Positions 9,953-20,103 of a stretch of DNA of 64,000 nt are shown one piece after another; position 1 is the stretch's first letter; each line of letters starts with the position of its first letter. This DNA comes from a virus: positions 1 to 64,000 of IMG/VR virus record IMGVR_UViG_3300050821_004371; one strand, 5' to 3'. The notes beneath the pieces were generated by a model that was given only the letters and a program-made list of their open reading frames with translations, had not been told where the DNA came from and made no database searches. The translations under genes were made by a program, and so were the position numbers.

Positions 9953-10357
9953 CTACCTTTCGATTTTCGGGCCCTTGTCAGCGATCCGAAAATATTCGAT
10001 CATTTTTCTGGCTAGATCGTTCGCCAATGTGTTAGAGTTCCGGGAAATCCATTTGAATTCCACGGGCACTCCGAGCCCCCGAATAGTTTCAGTTCGAAGA
10101 CGTATATCAGAATCTTTATCAACCGATTCGATGACTTGTTTAGCGTCACCGAAAACTTTTAGCGGGCAGGTACAATCCATTTTCCGTACGAAGGAATCCA
10201 GACCGTAGCAGATCGCGTACTTCTCCGCGACTTTAGGCTTAATACCTTGCCCGATCATCCCCCAGCCGCGATCTATTTCAATCTTGTCCTTAAACAGGAC
10301 GTACCCGAAATAGCCCGTACCGTGCTTGGACGATCCGTCACAGAATAGCGAATACAT
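9953..10357 (-). CDS. RNase HI-like protein
   Basis: LFCDGSS, AEKYA, FGDAKQVI, WISRNSNTLANDLA. Confidence 0.8.
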   Translation of the reverse strand: MYSLFCDGSSKHGTGYFGYVLFKDKIEIDRGWGMIGQGIKPKVAEKYAICYGLDSFVRKMDCTCPLKVFGDAKQVIESVDKDSDIRLRTETIRGLGVPVEFKWISRNSNTLANDLARKMIEYFRIADKGPKIER

Positions 10358-10359
10358 TT

Positions 10360-10653
10360 TCAGTCGTTATTATGGGGCGAACCCTCGACGAGGGCATAGC
10401 CCAACGGAGAATTAGTGATATCGCCCGCAGGAGTGACAATCTGCCCGCTAGCAAAATCTGCGAATACTTGCCCTTGCGTCGTTGAAAACGACTGACTTGA
10501 CTGAACCTGCGGAGTCACGGGCGTGTTCGGGAGTGACCAGGTAATAATTGTCGCGGGAAAATTCGGGTTCGCGGTGCTGGATGCCGCTGCGGGCGATGCG
10601 GTTCTCGCAGTTGGGATCAAAGCGGCGGGTGTAACGGAACTTATATTTGGCAT
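10360..10653 (-). CDS. Hypothetical S/T/P/A-rich protein
   Basis: GGAGG RBS before the ATG at 10653 (MPNISSVTPAA...). Confidence 0.5.
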   Translation of the reverse strand: MPNISSVTPAALIPTARTASPAAASSTANPNFPATIITWSLPNTPVTPQVQSSQSFSTTQGQVFADFASGQIVTPAGDITNSPLGYALVEGSPHNND

Positions 10654-10679
10654 GATTGCCTCCAGAAAATTATAGAGTC

Positions 10680-11366
10680 TTAACCAGCCAATTTCGTATG
10701 AAGCTCGTACATCATCTCGGGTTTCGTTGTATGGATGGTTATGAGATTTTCCAAACCATACCGCCGAAAACATTCCGGGCAAGAACAACAGAGATATCGC
10801 GGGTCATGCACCAAAGGGATACCGTTGGCGGCCAGAATCCTACCCGTGGCCTGATCTTCCGCGCTATTCCATGTCGGGTCCCAAGGCGTATCCACTATCA
10901 ACTGCATCGCCCGACGACTGATAACATAAGCCGCGCCGCTCGCCCACTTCGAAGTGTTGCTTTCGAGTTCGTATCCGCAGTAATCAACGGGCTGGAAGAA
11001 TTTCAGGAAGTTACTGATCCGCATCACCACGTCATCATCAATTTTAACTACATGGGTGTAATTTCGATCCACGGCCCATTTGAAAATTGATTTAACCTTG
11101 GCGGGTAAGTCGTAATATCCATCCGGAGCGTCCAGCTCAACTAAATTCGGGAGATTAACTTGTTCAGGCCCTTGTCCGACGAAAAACTTAAAATCTACTT
11201 TATCTTGAAACTTCTGCTCCCAAGTTTGATACCAAGTTTCATAAACTGCTTCCGAGCGTTGGGTCTGAAAACCGTTTTTGTGGGCTACTTGGTCTCCCGG
11301 CGCATACTGGTATTTCCGGCAAGTTGTTAGGGCTAGAAGAACTTTTTGCTCGGCGGGTTCTAGCAT
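10680..11366 (-). CDS. GT31-like (galactosyltransferase/Fringe-type) glycosyltransferase
   Basis: APDGYYDLPAKV, VKIDDD, GAAYVIS, AED motifs. Confidence 0.75.
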   Translation of the reverse strand: MLEPAEQKVLLALTTCRKYQYAPGDQVAHKNGFQTQRSEAVYETWYQTWEQKFQDKVDFKFFVGQGPEQVNLPNLVELDAPDGYYDLPAKVKSIFKWAVDRNYTHVVKIDDDVVMRISNFLKFFQPVDYCGYELESNTSKWASGAAYVISRRAMQLIVDTPWDPTWNSAEDQATGRILAANGIPLVHDPRYLCCSCPECFRRYGLENLITIHTTKPEMMYELHTKLAG

Positions 11367-11925
11367 ATTCGCTCATGCATTTCTTGCAGTATCCGCTCGC
11401 CTTCTTTTTAACGCTATCGTGAAATTCTTCTAGGTCAACGAACTTCTGCTCTTTGTTGCACCATTTCAAGTCAGGAGACGGCGGAGGGTTCCGGATATGA
11501 GCCTCGCTTAATTTCTTACGAAACTCTTCTGAAAATTTCTTTCCCGTCCAATATCCGGGCTGTCCAAGATGCGAGTCGCGTAACTTCTTTTTAGTTTCCG
11601 CAGATGCCTTCATTCCGCGAATATGGGCGGTTCCGCCGAGTGCTATATTCATCCCCACGGAGTCGTCTCTGGCATTTAGACCGGCGATCCACAACATTTC
11701 TAAGCTATCAAGTTGTTCAAAAGATTTGATATCAGAAACTAAGGGCTCAATAATGAAACTCTCAAATGGATATTTCCGCAGCGCCCGATATAGATGATTC
11801 TTGGCTTGCGGGAGACGACGAGCAGCGATGAACTTTTGGCGGAGATATTTTTGCAGATTCGCCCCGCCGTGCTGCCCGACATAATATTTCCCGTTTATCA
11901 GGCAGTGAATTATGTAGATGAACAT
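11239..11925 (-). CDS. GIY-YIG homing endonuclease with NUMOD3-like repeats
   Basis: FIYIIHCLINGKYYVGQ, GMNIALGG, SAETKKKL/SEEFRKKLSEAH. Confidence 0.8.
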   Translation of the reverse strand: MFIYIIHCLINGKYYVGQHGGANLQKYLRQKFIAARRLPQAKNHLYRALRKYPFESFIIEPLVSDIKSFEQLDSLEMLWIAGLNARDDSVGMNIALGGTAHIRGMKASAETKKKLRDSHLGQPGYWTGKKFSEEFRKKLSEAHIRNPPPSPDLKWCNKEQKFVDLEEFHDSVKKKASGYCKKCMSEYARTRRAKSSSSPNNLPEIPVCAGRPSSPQKRFSDPTLGSSL

Positions 11926-12630
11926 TTATCCGTTTTCCGTATAGAACTTATGGCATGCTCGGACTTGTTCGGGCGAGAGTTGCGTAATCACCGCAGCATC
12001 AGGAAAATATTCCCATACGGGCTTCGATCTTTTTTCGATGCAGGCAGCGTCGGGGCACGAACAACCATGCCCGTATTCGGCTGCAATTCCTCGCCCCGGC
12101 TGAATGTACGGAATATCCGTTAACCGGATTCCATGCTTTGCGAGCAAAGTTCCGATGCCGCGATCTTCCGCCCAATCATCGATCCCATCTTCAGCAACGT
12201 GGGCCATCGAGCGACGCGACAGCCAATAAGCGCCGCCGCCCGCATAATCTCCGGGCTTTCGGATGCCCGCGTAGTCAGCTTCTACGATCTTGAATTTGCG
12301 GAAATTTATGTAGCCGTCATCATCGGCCTTGAGTACGTGATCGTAGCCCGAACGCAAGGCGAACTCAAACATCTTTCGAACTTTTTCGGGCAAGCCTGCG
12401 TAGTCGTCGGGAGCATCAAGCTCGATATAGCGCGGGAGATTTACTTCACCGTCACCGCGCCCGACAAAGAACTGCAAATCAATCTTGCCCGCAAATCTCG
12501 CGAGCCAATCCCCGTACCAAGTAGACAGAAGCGTCTGGATTCTGTCGTTCGCGCCCGCGAGATGCGCGTGTAACTCATGTTTCGGATACGCGAGAGCGCG
12601 ACAAGTGACGACCGCGATTAAGCTACGCAA
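11926..12630 (-). CDS. Second GT31-like glycosyltransferase (paralogue of 10680..11366)
   Basis: APDDYAGLPEKV, LKADDD, GGAYWLS, AED; start uncertain (TTG at 12630 chosen, ORF open to 12795). Confidence 0.7.
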   Translation of the reverse strand: MRSLIAVVTCRALAYPKHELHAHLAGANDRIQTLLSTWYGDWLARFAGKIDLQFFVGRGDGEVNLPRYIELDAPDDYAGLPEKVRKMFEFALRSGYDHVLKADDDGYINFRKFKIVEADYAGIRKPGDYAGGGAYWLSRRSMAHVAEDGIDDWAEDRGIGTLLAKHGIRLTDIPYIQPGRGIAAEYGHGCSCPDAACIEKRSKPVWEYFPDAAVITQLSPEQVRACHKFYTENG

Positions 12631-13838
12631 GGCCCTATGCCCAAGGGGATATACTTGACAGTCGAATCCTCGGCTAAGTGTTTCAGATATCGCCAAGGAT
12701 CGATCACGGTTTTGCCCGAGAAATTTTCTTCCTTGTATTTCGAATCGGGCAGCATGACCACAAATACGTCTGGATCGGGAAGTTCGAGCGGCCAACTGCT
12801 GTTCTGCGGAATCTTTCTTTTCTGTAGCTCTCTAGCAAGCGCGACGCCCGCCGATTCTTCCAGCAAGCCCGAACCAATCTTATATTCCCATCCAAGAACT
12901 TGGACTACATTGTCCTTGCCTAATTTTTCCACAACATCCGCCAAGTATAAAATCTGTGCCCGATTGAAAGCGTCGATGGTAAGAGGGAAACTTTGCCCGA
13001 GCGTTGCCATCGCCCGCGTATCTCTCGGTAAGCACGGACCCCCGTAACTCGTTCCGCCCTTCAACAACTTCTTTCCGATTCGACTATCCAGCCCAATGGC
13101 TTCGGAAACAACATCGCAGTCTGCGCCCGCGATATTCTGGCAAACTCTCGCTAACATATTTCCGTAGCTGATCTTCATGCACAGGAAATTATTTACGGCC
13201 AACTTTGTAACTTCGGCATTCTGAATCGACATTCGGGCGATTGGTGCGTCCGAAATCTTCTCGTACACCGAACTGACTCGGGCTTCGGTTAATGGGTCGC
13301 TAGCGCCGATCAGCACAAAGTCTGGGTTTAAGAAGTCTCGAATAACCGACCCAAGGGCTATAAATTCGGGATTATAACAGAGGCCGAAACTTTCCCCGCA
13401 TTTTCGCCCGCTATATTTCTCAAGAGTCTCACGAATCGGGCCCCAGGTATCTCCAGGCATAACGGTACTCGTTATGACTACGGGATGGAATGCGGGCTTC
13501 GACTTCGCCAACGTTCGCCCGATTTCTTCGCATACGGGCAAGATGTATTCCAAGGAGAACCGCCCGTCAGGATTGCTCGGCGTCGCGGTGACTACGAAAG
13601 TTACGTCCGCAAAACGGACTGCTTCGGAAATACTCGTGGTCGCCCGAAGGCGGCTTTTGTTCTCGGTCAGTAATTCTTGCAATCCGGTTTCGGATACGGG
13701 CGCAATGCCGAAGTTTATTGCTTTGACTTTCTCAGGGTCAGCGTCGCAGACCAGAACTTCGAAGCCCCTGGACGCGAGCGCGACCGCCATCGGACTCCCG
13801 AGCTTACCTGCACCGATGATGCCGATTCGACTAACCAT
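12618..13838 (-). CDS. UDP-glucose/GDP-mannose dehydrogenase family protein
   Basis: GAGKLG Rossmann motif, STVMPG, YNPEFI..G, YGGPCLPRD. Confidence 0.9.
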   Translation of the reverse strand: MVSRIGIIGAGKLGSPMAVALASRGFEVLVCDADPEKVKAINFGIAPVSETGLQELLTENKSRLRATTSISEAVRFADVTFVVTATPSNPDGRFSLEYILPVCEEIGRTLAKSKPAFHPVVITSTVMPGDTWGPIRETLEKYSGRKCGESFGLCYNPEFIALGSVIRDFLNPDFVLIGASDPLTEARVSSVYEKISDAPIARMSIQNAEVTKLAVNNFLCMKISYGNMLARVCQNIAGADCDVVSEAIGLDSRIGKKLLKGGTSYGGPCLPRDTRAMATLGQSFPLTIDAFNRAQILYLADVVEKLGKDNVVQVLGWEYKIGSGLLEESAGVALARELQKRKIPQNSSWPLELPDPDVFVVMLPDSKYKEENFSGKTVIDPWRYLKHLAEDSTVKYIPLGIGPCVA

Positions 13839-14793
13839 TGCGGGCGATCACCTGTTGTTCGATCCACGGATAAAGTTCTTGAAGGGACTCGTCCAGAGTA
13901 ATCTCGGGCGACCACCTGAGAACTTCCTTGATCCGGTCGTTGCAACTATTTCTTCCCCGCACCCCTGTTGGTTTAGAAAGGTCGTGCCGAGTGTTGATCG
14001 TCTTGCCGGATATTCGAGCGACCCTGCTGACCAACTGATTAACCGTCACGAGTTCGTCGGTTCCCAGGTTGAGAGGATAATGATAATCCGAATCCATTAA
14101 CCGTACAAGACCTTCGCAGCAATCTCGAACGTTCATAAACGAACGGGTCTGTTCGCCATCGCCCCAGACATCAATTGTATCACCATCTTCGGCTTGCGCG
14201 ATCTTCCTACAAATTGCTGCGGGGGCTTTTTCTTTTCCGCCGTCCCAAGTTCCGAGCGGACCCACAACATTGTGAAACCGAACTATACGCACATCAAGAT
14301 TATAGTCTTTTCCGTAGTAACCCGTCAAAAGCTCAGAGTACAACTTTTCCCATCCGTATCCGGGTTCAGGGTCAGCAGGAAAAGCATCTTCCTCTTTCAG
14401 AGGAGAAACATTAGCATCATCTTGTTTGCCCGCCGGATAGATGCACGCGCTAGATGAGTACAGATATTTTTTGACTTTGTTTACTCGGGCGGCTTCGAGC
14501 ATGTGCGCGTTAATCAACACGTTATCGTGAGCAATCTCGGCGACGTGGGACGTGATCCAGCCAATTCCGCCCATTGACGCGCTCAACTGCCATACAAAAT
14601 CTACGCCGTCAGTAGCCCGTAAACAATTCTGATATTCGCGAAGATCGGTAATCAAGAATTCATCAGCGGGCGATTCGTCATATTCGGGGTATTTCAAGTC
14701 AGCAACCCGAACCCAGTGCCCGTCCGTCTTAAGTCGCTTCGCGAGCCACGAGCCTATAAATCCGCCGCCCCCACAAATCAGACTCTTTGTCAT
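13831..14793 (-). CDS. NAD-dependent sugar epimerase, GDP-mannose 3,5-epimerase-like
   Basis: GGGGFIG, SSACIYP, YGWEK (YxxxK), KEKAPAAICRK, WGDGEQTRSF. Confidence 0.9.
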   Translation of the reverse strand: MTKSLICGGGGFIGSWLAKRLKTDGHWVRVADLKYPEYDESPADEFLITDLREYQNCLRATDGVDFVWQLSASMGGIGWITSHVAEIAHDNVLINAHMLEAARVNKVKKYLYSSSACIYPAGKQDDANVSPLKEEDAFPADPEPGYGWEKLYSELLTGYYGKDYNLDVRIVRFHNVVGPLGTWDGGKEKAPAAICRKIAQAEDGDTIDVWGDGEQTRSFMNVRDCCEGLVRLMDSDYHYPLNLGTDELVTVNQLVSRVARISGKTINTRHDLSKPTGVRGRNSCNDRIKEVLRWSPEITLDESLQELYPWIEQQVIARNG

Positions 14794-15614
14794 ACCGTCG
14801 CCTCAACTAACCAATGCCAGCCCAGCCAAGCCTCTAATTTTTTGAACAGCCAATCGGGGCAGATATTCCAAGGGAAAGCTAACTTGTATTCGTAACGCTT
14901 GTAAGACTCCACATCCCACTTGAAGATATGGGCTTTGTACATTTTCCGTACGTGAAACCCGTTTCGCTCAAGCATCGCCCGCAACTCTTTTTTCGAGTAG
15001 ACGTGAGTTATCGGGCATCCGGTCTGCGCTTCTGAATATCGGGCGACCAACTCGTCGAACTTCCAGAACTGCCCGTGCCCGTACTTCAGCAGAATCCAGA
15101 GGCTCTTAAACGAATACTTGTTGTACACCATCAGCTTCAAAGTTCCGTTCGGGCGAAGCAGAGGTTTAGCTTCTCGCAAAATCTTTTCAGGATTCGGGGA
15201 GTGGTGAATCGATCCGAAAGCATAAACAAGATCGTAGAACGCGCTCGCCCTAACCGGACTATTGAAAAAGTTCTCGGCGTTTATTTCCCAGAAATCGATA
15301 TCGACGTTTGCCAGTTCCGCTCGCTTACGGGCAATCTTGATGGATTCTTTGGAAAGGTCTGTTGCGGTTACTTCGGCGTGCGCTTGCGCGAAGTTGATCG
15401 CGTCCGTTCCGATTCCGCAACCGATCTCAAGAACTTTTTTTCGTGTCCATTTTCCGAACTCGGCGAAGCCCGGAATATGAGGCTCGACAAAGTATTTTCG
15501 ATCCTGAACTTCGAAGTGATATTCCAAAGTGTCGGTCGGAAACTCGGAATGCCGGATATTACACGGGCGAGCGTTCCAATAATCGCGAACCGAATCTATT
15601 GTCTGTAGGGTCAT
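14790..15614 (-). CDS. Class I SAM-dependent methyltransferase
   Basis: VLEIGCGIGTD, YAFGSIHH, LRPNG. Confidence 0.85.
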   Translation of the reverse strand: MTLQTIDSVRDYWNARPCNIRHSEFPTDTLEYHFEVQDRKYFVEPHIPGFAEFGKWTRKKVLEIGCGIGTDAINFAQAHAEVTATDLSKESIKIARKRAELANVDIDFWEINAENFFNSPVRASAFYDLVYAFGSIHHSPNPEKILREAKPLLRPNGTLKLMVYNKYSFKSLWILLKYGHGQFWKFDELVARYSEAQTGCPITHVYSKKELRAMLERNGFHVRKMYKAHIFKWDVESYKRYEYKLAFPWNICPDWLFKKLEAWLGWHWLVEATV

Positions 15615-17059
15615 AGTCGTGCTGTTTTAAGAATATTAGCGGGCAACGCTTGGCCCATCGAATGTTCAAAGAGGATTGCCGATCCTGCCGCAGGATACGG
15701 GATATTCAACTTCCCGCGAACTTCGGCTTCTACTTCATCCCGTAACCGGACAAGCTCAGGAGCCGAGAGATAATCGGTCCAGACGAAAGCCTTGTATTCT
15801 CCGGGCTTCCCCTTGTAGTATCCGACTTCCGCGTTCGGGTCGGTGTTTTCCATGTACAGGGCATCGCCGTTAAACTCGTATCGGTAAACAGGTTCTTTTA
15901 CCAATACCGCGTTATCCCAATATGGGGTTCCGGGATACGTCGTGATTACCGTGCAATCGAAGTCGTCGGGCTTTTCTGCGAGTAGCCAATCACGGGTTGC
16001 GAGGATCGTTTCTTCGCTCTCGCCCGGATGCCCGAAACTCATTAAAGCTTTTACTTTCAGCCCGTACTTGTGGGCCGTTCGAAGCATCCGTGTGTTATCT
16101 TCGAGCGATGCCTTCTTGTTGATGTTCTTCAGGATTCTCGGGTGAGCGGATTCAAATCCGCAGAGCAGCCAACGGAAGCCTGCGTCGTACATCGCCTTCG
16201 CTTGTTCTTCGTTGAACAACTCCGCCTTGACAAACCCGCGAAGCCGCCAGTCAATGCCCGTGGCTTTAATCTTCTGGCAAAGCTCGACTAGACCCTTGTT
16301 GACGTTCAATTCGTCGTCGTAGGCCATAAGCCCGCGAAGCCCGTACTTCTCGTTGATCGCGAGCATCTCGGCGACTACGCTGTCCGCCGTCCGGCTTCTG
16401 ATCCTGCGAAGCATCGGGGAGAATCGCCCGCCGCAGAAACCGCATTCGAAAGGGCAGCCAAGTTGAAACACCGCGCTCGTAGCTTTCTCACCGTCTACCG
16501 TGTAATGGTAGCTAGCCATGTCCACTAAATGTCTTGCGGGCAACGGTGACTCAGAAAATTCTTTCGAAGATACCCACAAATCCGATTTCGGATCGTCGGC
16601 GTCAATCAGCCCGTATTCACGGATTGCCCGAAAGATTGATTTCTCGCCATCGCCCGCAACAACGGTATCGAAGTTCTGCATCAGGAAATCCAAGGCGGCG
16701 AGCGCCCGTTGGTTTCCTCGTTTTACCGCCGCATGGACTAAGGTCGGATGCGGGCCACCAAGAATCGTCTTGCCCTTTAGAACTTTTCTGATTCTAACTG
16801 CTGCGGGAATCTGAGGCGTAGTTGCCGTTATCGCGAATAGCTCGCAGCCTTTATAATCCGCTGCCGCTTCTTCGTAGTTCGCGACGCCCGTTAAATCCAG
16901 GTGATCGATTTCCCAGCCCGCTTGCTCAAGAACCGCGCCGATCTTCAGAATTCCGAGACTGACGAAAACTCTTTGATCGAGAAGAAATCCGGAAGGCGGG
17001 GTTACGAGACAAATCTTGCCCTTGCTAACCTTCGGAGTTCCTTCTATTTGAACGAGCAT
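15611..17059 (-). CDS. B12-binding radical SAM protein
   Basis: ILGGPHPT, GDGE, CPFECGFC (CxxxCxxC), GFES, YPGTPY. Confidence 0.88.
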   Translation of the reverse strand: MLVQIEGTPKVSKGKICLVTPPSGFLLDQRVFVSLGILKIGAVLEQAGWEIDHLDLTGVANYEEAAADYKGCELFAITATTPQIPAAVRIRKVLKGKTILGGPHPTLVHAAVKRGNQRALAALDFLMQNFDTVVAGDGEKSIFRAIREYGLIDADDPKSDLWVSSKEFSESPLPARHLVDMASYHYTVDGEKATSAVFQLGCPFECGFCGGRFSPMLRRIRSRTADSVVAEMLAINEKYGLRGLMAYDDELNVNKGLVELCQKIKATGIDWRLRGFVKAELFNEEQAKAMYDAGFRWLLCGFESAHPRILKNINKKASLEDNTRMLRTAHKYGLKVKALMSFGHPGESEETILATRDWLLAEKPDDFDCTVITTYPGTPYWDNAVLVKEPVYRYEFNGDALYMENTDPNAEVGYYKGKPGEYKAFVWTDYLSAPELVRLRDEVEAEVRGKLNIPYPAAGSAILFEHSMGQALPANILKTARL

Positions 17060-17175
17060 CCATTTTCCGTACTATAACGGGCGGTGGTAGGCTTGCGCTT
17101 CGGCGGGCGACATCATGCTTACTTTTAGTTTTTCGTACCAAGACCGTAATCGAAATGCTTCGTAAGTTCCCATGA

Positions 17176-17871
17176 TTATCCCTTTGTAAACCAGAAACAT
17201 CCAGCCCCTTCGTCTTCATCTGCCGTAATCGCGGGGTCTGCGTTTCTTATGAATCTATACGGCAAATCACCCGGAATGAACGAGAATTCTTTCAGACGCA
17301 AGTCCGAGAACAACTCCGTAACTTTCTGGTACGAGTAAATCCGATGGGCGTTGAATGCGAGTTTAGGGCGTCCAACGGGCAAGACTAGCAGCAAGTTTCC
17401 ACCCGCAGCCAAAGATCGGCTTAATTCTCGGGCGGCCTTCTGGTCGCCGTACGGATCAATTGGGTCGCCGTATCGCCCGAGTCCTGCGTGTTCCATCGCG
17501 TGCATGCACGAGAGAGAATCTATAGAATTGTCCGCAAAACGGAGATCAGTCAAGGTCTCTACTGCGGTATTGATGCCCGGAAGTGGTATCGTCATCGGGC
17601 GAATATCGCAAGCTATAATGTTTACGAACGCGGAGGCAATCGTCACGAAATACGAACACGACCCGATATCGAAATGGCTTTCGGGTTTGGTCTCGGCCAA
17701 GATTCGGGCGGCCCAACCCACGTGAAGCAAATATCTGTGGTTGTACGTTACCTGAACCCCGGAATCGTCCAAACACGGAACAAAATCCAAAGCATTAAGC
17801 GTGATGCTGGAATCGCCCGCAGCCAACCGAGAGAACTCAACCAAGTCCCGCGTGTAGTCGTTTTCGTGCAT
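17176..17871 (-). CDS. DUF268-like methyltransferase-fold protein
   Basis: HFDIGS, SLSCMHAMEHAGLGRYGDPIDP, FNAHRIY. Confidence 0.75.
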   Translation of the reverse strand: MHENDYTRDLVEFSRLAAGDSSITLNALDFVPCLDDSGVQVTYNHRYLLHVGWAARILAETKPESHFDIGSCSYFVTIASAFVNIIACDIRPMTIPLPGINTAVETLTDLRFADNSIDSLSCMHAMEHAGLGRYGDPIDPYGDQKAARELSRSLAAGGNLLLVLPVGRPKLAFNAHRIYSYQKVTELFSDLRLKEFSFIPGDLPYRFIRNADPAITADEDEGAGCFWFTKG

Positions 17872-18722
17872 CAGATTTCGTACGTCTTAAAAGCGTAAGT
17901 CGGGAATCCCCAATTTGGCCCGTTTTCTTTTCCGTGCGGAGTTGCGTCGCTCCACGCCGGGCAATGTCGCTCGTTATGCGAATGACTCAGGTGGAACGTA
18001 GGTTCGGGTAAGTAAATCTGTTTCCATCCCCGAGCGGCGGCCAAGTACACGGTCTCGCCGTCCGAAGTAACGGTGTAATCCCGCTCCGGGTGCCCGTGCA
18101 TCTCAAACCAGTTCTTTCGGGCCATCAGAAAGAAGTCGCCCGACTTGTTGAAGTGCAGGGGCTCAACCCTGCCGATTGGAGGAGGGTACGTAAACTTCCC
18201 TTCCACATCGGGCTTTACAAATCCCGGATTCCCGTTGGGCTTTCCGTTGACGAGCGACTCACAAGCCCGATGAACCTGAAATACTTTCCCGTCTCGGACA
18301 TCGTAACTATCCGTTCGGTAGAAAGCGTTGGGCTCAAGATTCTTTAGCCGAAGGAGCAAAGCCTCACTGTAGATATTATCAGGATTCGCGGACAACACGT
18401 ACTCGCCCGTTGCCCGCCTGATGCCAACGTTCTTCGCCCACATTTCCCAGAAGACTTCTCGTCTCGGGTTAGGAACCAGATTGTGGACCAATTCCGGGAC
18501 TTCAATAAATTTTACGGGCAGTGTCTTTCGCTGCCAGTTCAGAGCGTGTGCGACTCGGGGCGCGTCTACGGGCGGATTCCATTCAACAAACGTAATGTCT
18601 GCGTCAAGCCCGATCTTAGCTGCCAACAGAAACAGGTTGTCGATGCACGCCTGCGTCCGGCCTATGAAGTCGCCACCGTATCCGCGATTGTTGCATGCAA
18701 AAACCCAGCTTAGGTAACTCAT
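17871..18722 (-). CDS. Putative GT-A fold glycosyltransferase
   Basis: FVEWNPP, AKNVGIRRATGEYVLSANPD, SGDFFLM. Confidence 0.65.
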   Translation of the reverse strand: MSYLSWVFACNNRGYGGDFIGRTQACIDNLFLLAAKIGLDADITFVEWNPPVDAPRVAHALNWQRKTLPVKFIEVPELVHNLVPNPRREVFWEMWAKNVGIRRATGEYVLSANPDNIYSEALLLRLKNLEPNAFYRTDSYDVRDGKVFQVHRACESLVNGKPNGNPGFVKPDVEGKFTYPPPIGRVEPLHFNKSGDFFLMARKNWFEMHGHPERDYTVTSDGETVYLAAARGWKQIYLPEPTFHLSHSHNERHCPAWSDATPHGKENGPNWGFPTYAFKTYEI

Positions 18723-19561
18723 AGGCGAACCCAAGTCGAGCAAGGGATTTCTGACCCGTCATGCGGGCTCCCCGCAGGGAACCAGTGGCGCGGGGCCACA
18801 ACAATTTTGTCGGGACTAGGATTTAGCCATGCGGCCCACCACGCGAAAGACGAATTCGGAATAATGGCGTGTTTACAAAGCCGCATTAAAAAATTATCTT
18901 CGTGTTCCGTCCCGTTATCCGTTTTCCGTACTTCGTGGTCGGGTTGCTCAATTACTCCCGTCGTGTTGTGATCTACAAAAGTTACGGGGTAATTAAAGAC
19001 TTGGATATTCTGCTTACACCACTCAATGTCGTCAGAAAAAACGAAGAAGTGCGGGCTAGGGATTCGGGTTGCAATATAACTGGCCGCTCGCTTGTAATAA
19101 TCGGGGTGAACTAGCCCATGGTATACAAGATTCTTCTCAGTCAGCGTATCCGTTCTTCGAATGTGTAGGAAAACAGAATCGCTGTTTTCTATTTCTCGGG
19201 CGACCGATAACGACTTCGCGCTCGGATAGTACCGAAGAGTCAGGTCTTTCCGAACTTGATCTTCTACCCCTACGAGATATTTTTCATTCTGCCAATAACC
19301 CGTAAACGTTATGTCTTGATCGTACTTTTTTAGGAACTCTGGGTGAAATCGCAAATTGCCTTCTTGAACGAACTGCCCACGAATCGGCCCAAGTTCAATC
19401 TTGGTATTAAATCGGTCCAGAACATACGCCCGCTGGGGGTTATGATCGAACCACGAACATTCAAGGAGGACTTCGTTACTGAGGGCCTTAAGTGCCACAG
19501 AGAAAGCATACTGAAATGCTTGATTCCCGAATCCACCGCAAGTTCGTATCGTAACGGCCAT
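18719..19561 (-). CDS. GT11 alpha-1,2-fucosyltransferase-like protein
   Basis: GGFGNQAFQY, GYWQNEKY, HIRRTD, FSDDIEW, NSSFAWWAAWL. Confidence 0.88.
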   Translation of the reverse strand: MAVTIRTCGGFGNQAFQYAFSVALKALSNEVLLECSWFDHNPQRAYVLDRFNTKIELGPIRGQFVQEGNLRFHPEFLKKYDQDITFTGYWQNEKYLVGVEDQVRKDLTLRYYPSAKSLSVAREIENSDSVFLHIRRTDTLTEKNLVYHGLVHPDYYKRAASYIATRIPSPHFFVFSDDIEWCKQNIQVFNYPVTFVDHNTTGVIEQPDHEVRKTDNGTEHEDNFLMRLCKHAIIPNSSFAWWAAWLNPSPDKIVVAPRHWFPAGSPHDGSEIPCSTWVRL

Positions 19562-19563
19562 GA

Positions 19564-19968
19564 CTATATTTTATGGCTGCTTTTCGTGTTGTGGATGGCG
19601 ATCCTGTCGAGCAACCCGTCCATCTGTTCTTGCAGACGTAGAACTTCACCTTCCAAGTTCTCTACCCGCTGGGTCAGAGAAAGCTCGACAAACTCTTTTG
19701 GAAGCCCGAGAGTTTCTTGGACTGTCGGCCAATCTACGGGCAAGAGATTGTACTGCTCGGGCGGCAATCCGCGACCTTGCAACGGGAGGCTGTCCGTTTC
19801 CTGTACAGGATCGTAAGTCTGGAACGGGTCGCCCGTAAAGCCGAATGGCGGCGGAACGTTTACCTCTCGCGGGCGAAGTGTTTCAAGGGTGTTCGAAGCC
19901 CGAGGACCTCGGTAGGGAGTAGGCACTTCTTGCCCGTCTTTCAGAATAGTATCTTTATATTCGTTCAT
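19564..19968 (-). CDS. Hypothetical protein with C-terminal coiled coil
   Basis: 134 aa ORF abutting the GT11 gene. Confidence 0.55.
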   Translation of the reverse strand: MNEYKDTILKDGQEVPTPYRGPRASNTLETLRPREVNVPPPFGFTGDPFQTYDPVQETDSLPLQGRGLPPEQYNLLPVDWPTVQETLGLPKEFVELSLTQRVENLEGEVLRLQEQMDGLLDRIAIHNTKSSHKI

Positions 19969-20103
19969 AAATTTTTTAGTTCTGCGAGCCCGCTAGCAAA
20001 ATATGAATCACCCATTGCAGACGCTCGATAACCGCGTATTCGTAAGCCGCGACGCCCGTAACCGCTAAAACATAGACTGCCAGAATTCATCCCGCAAGCT
20101 TGG

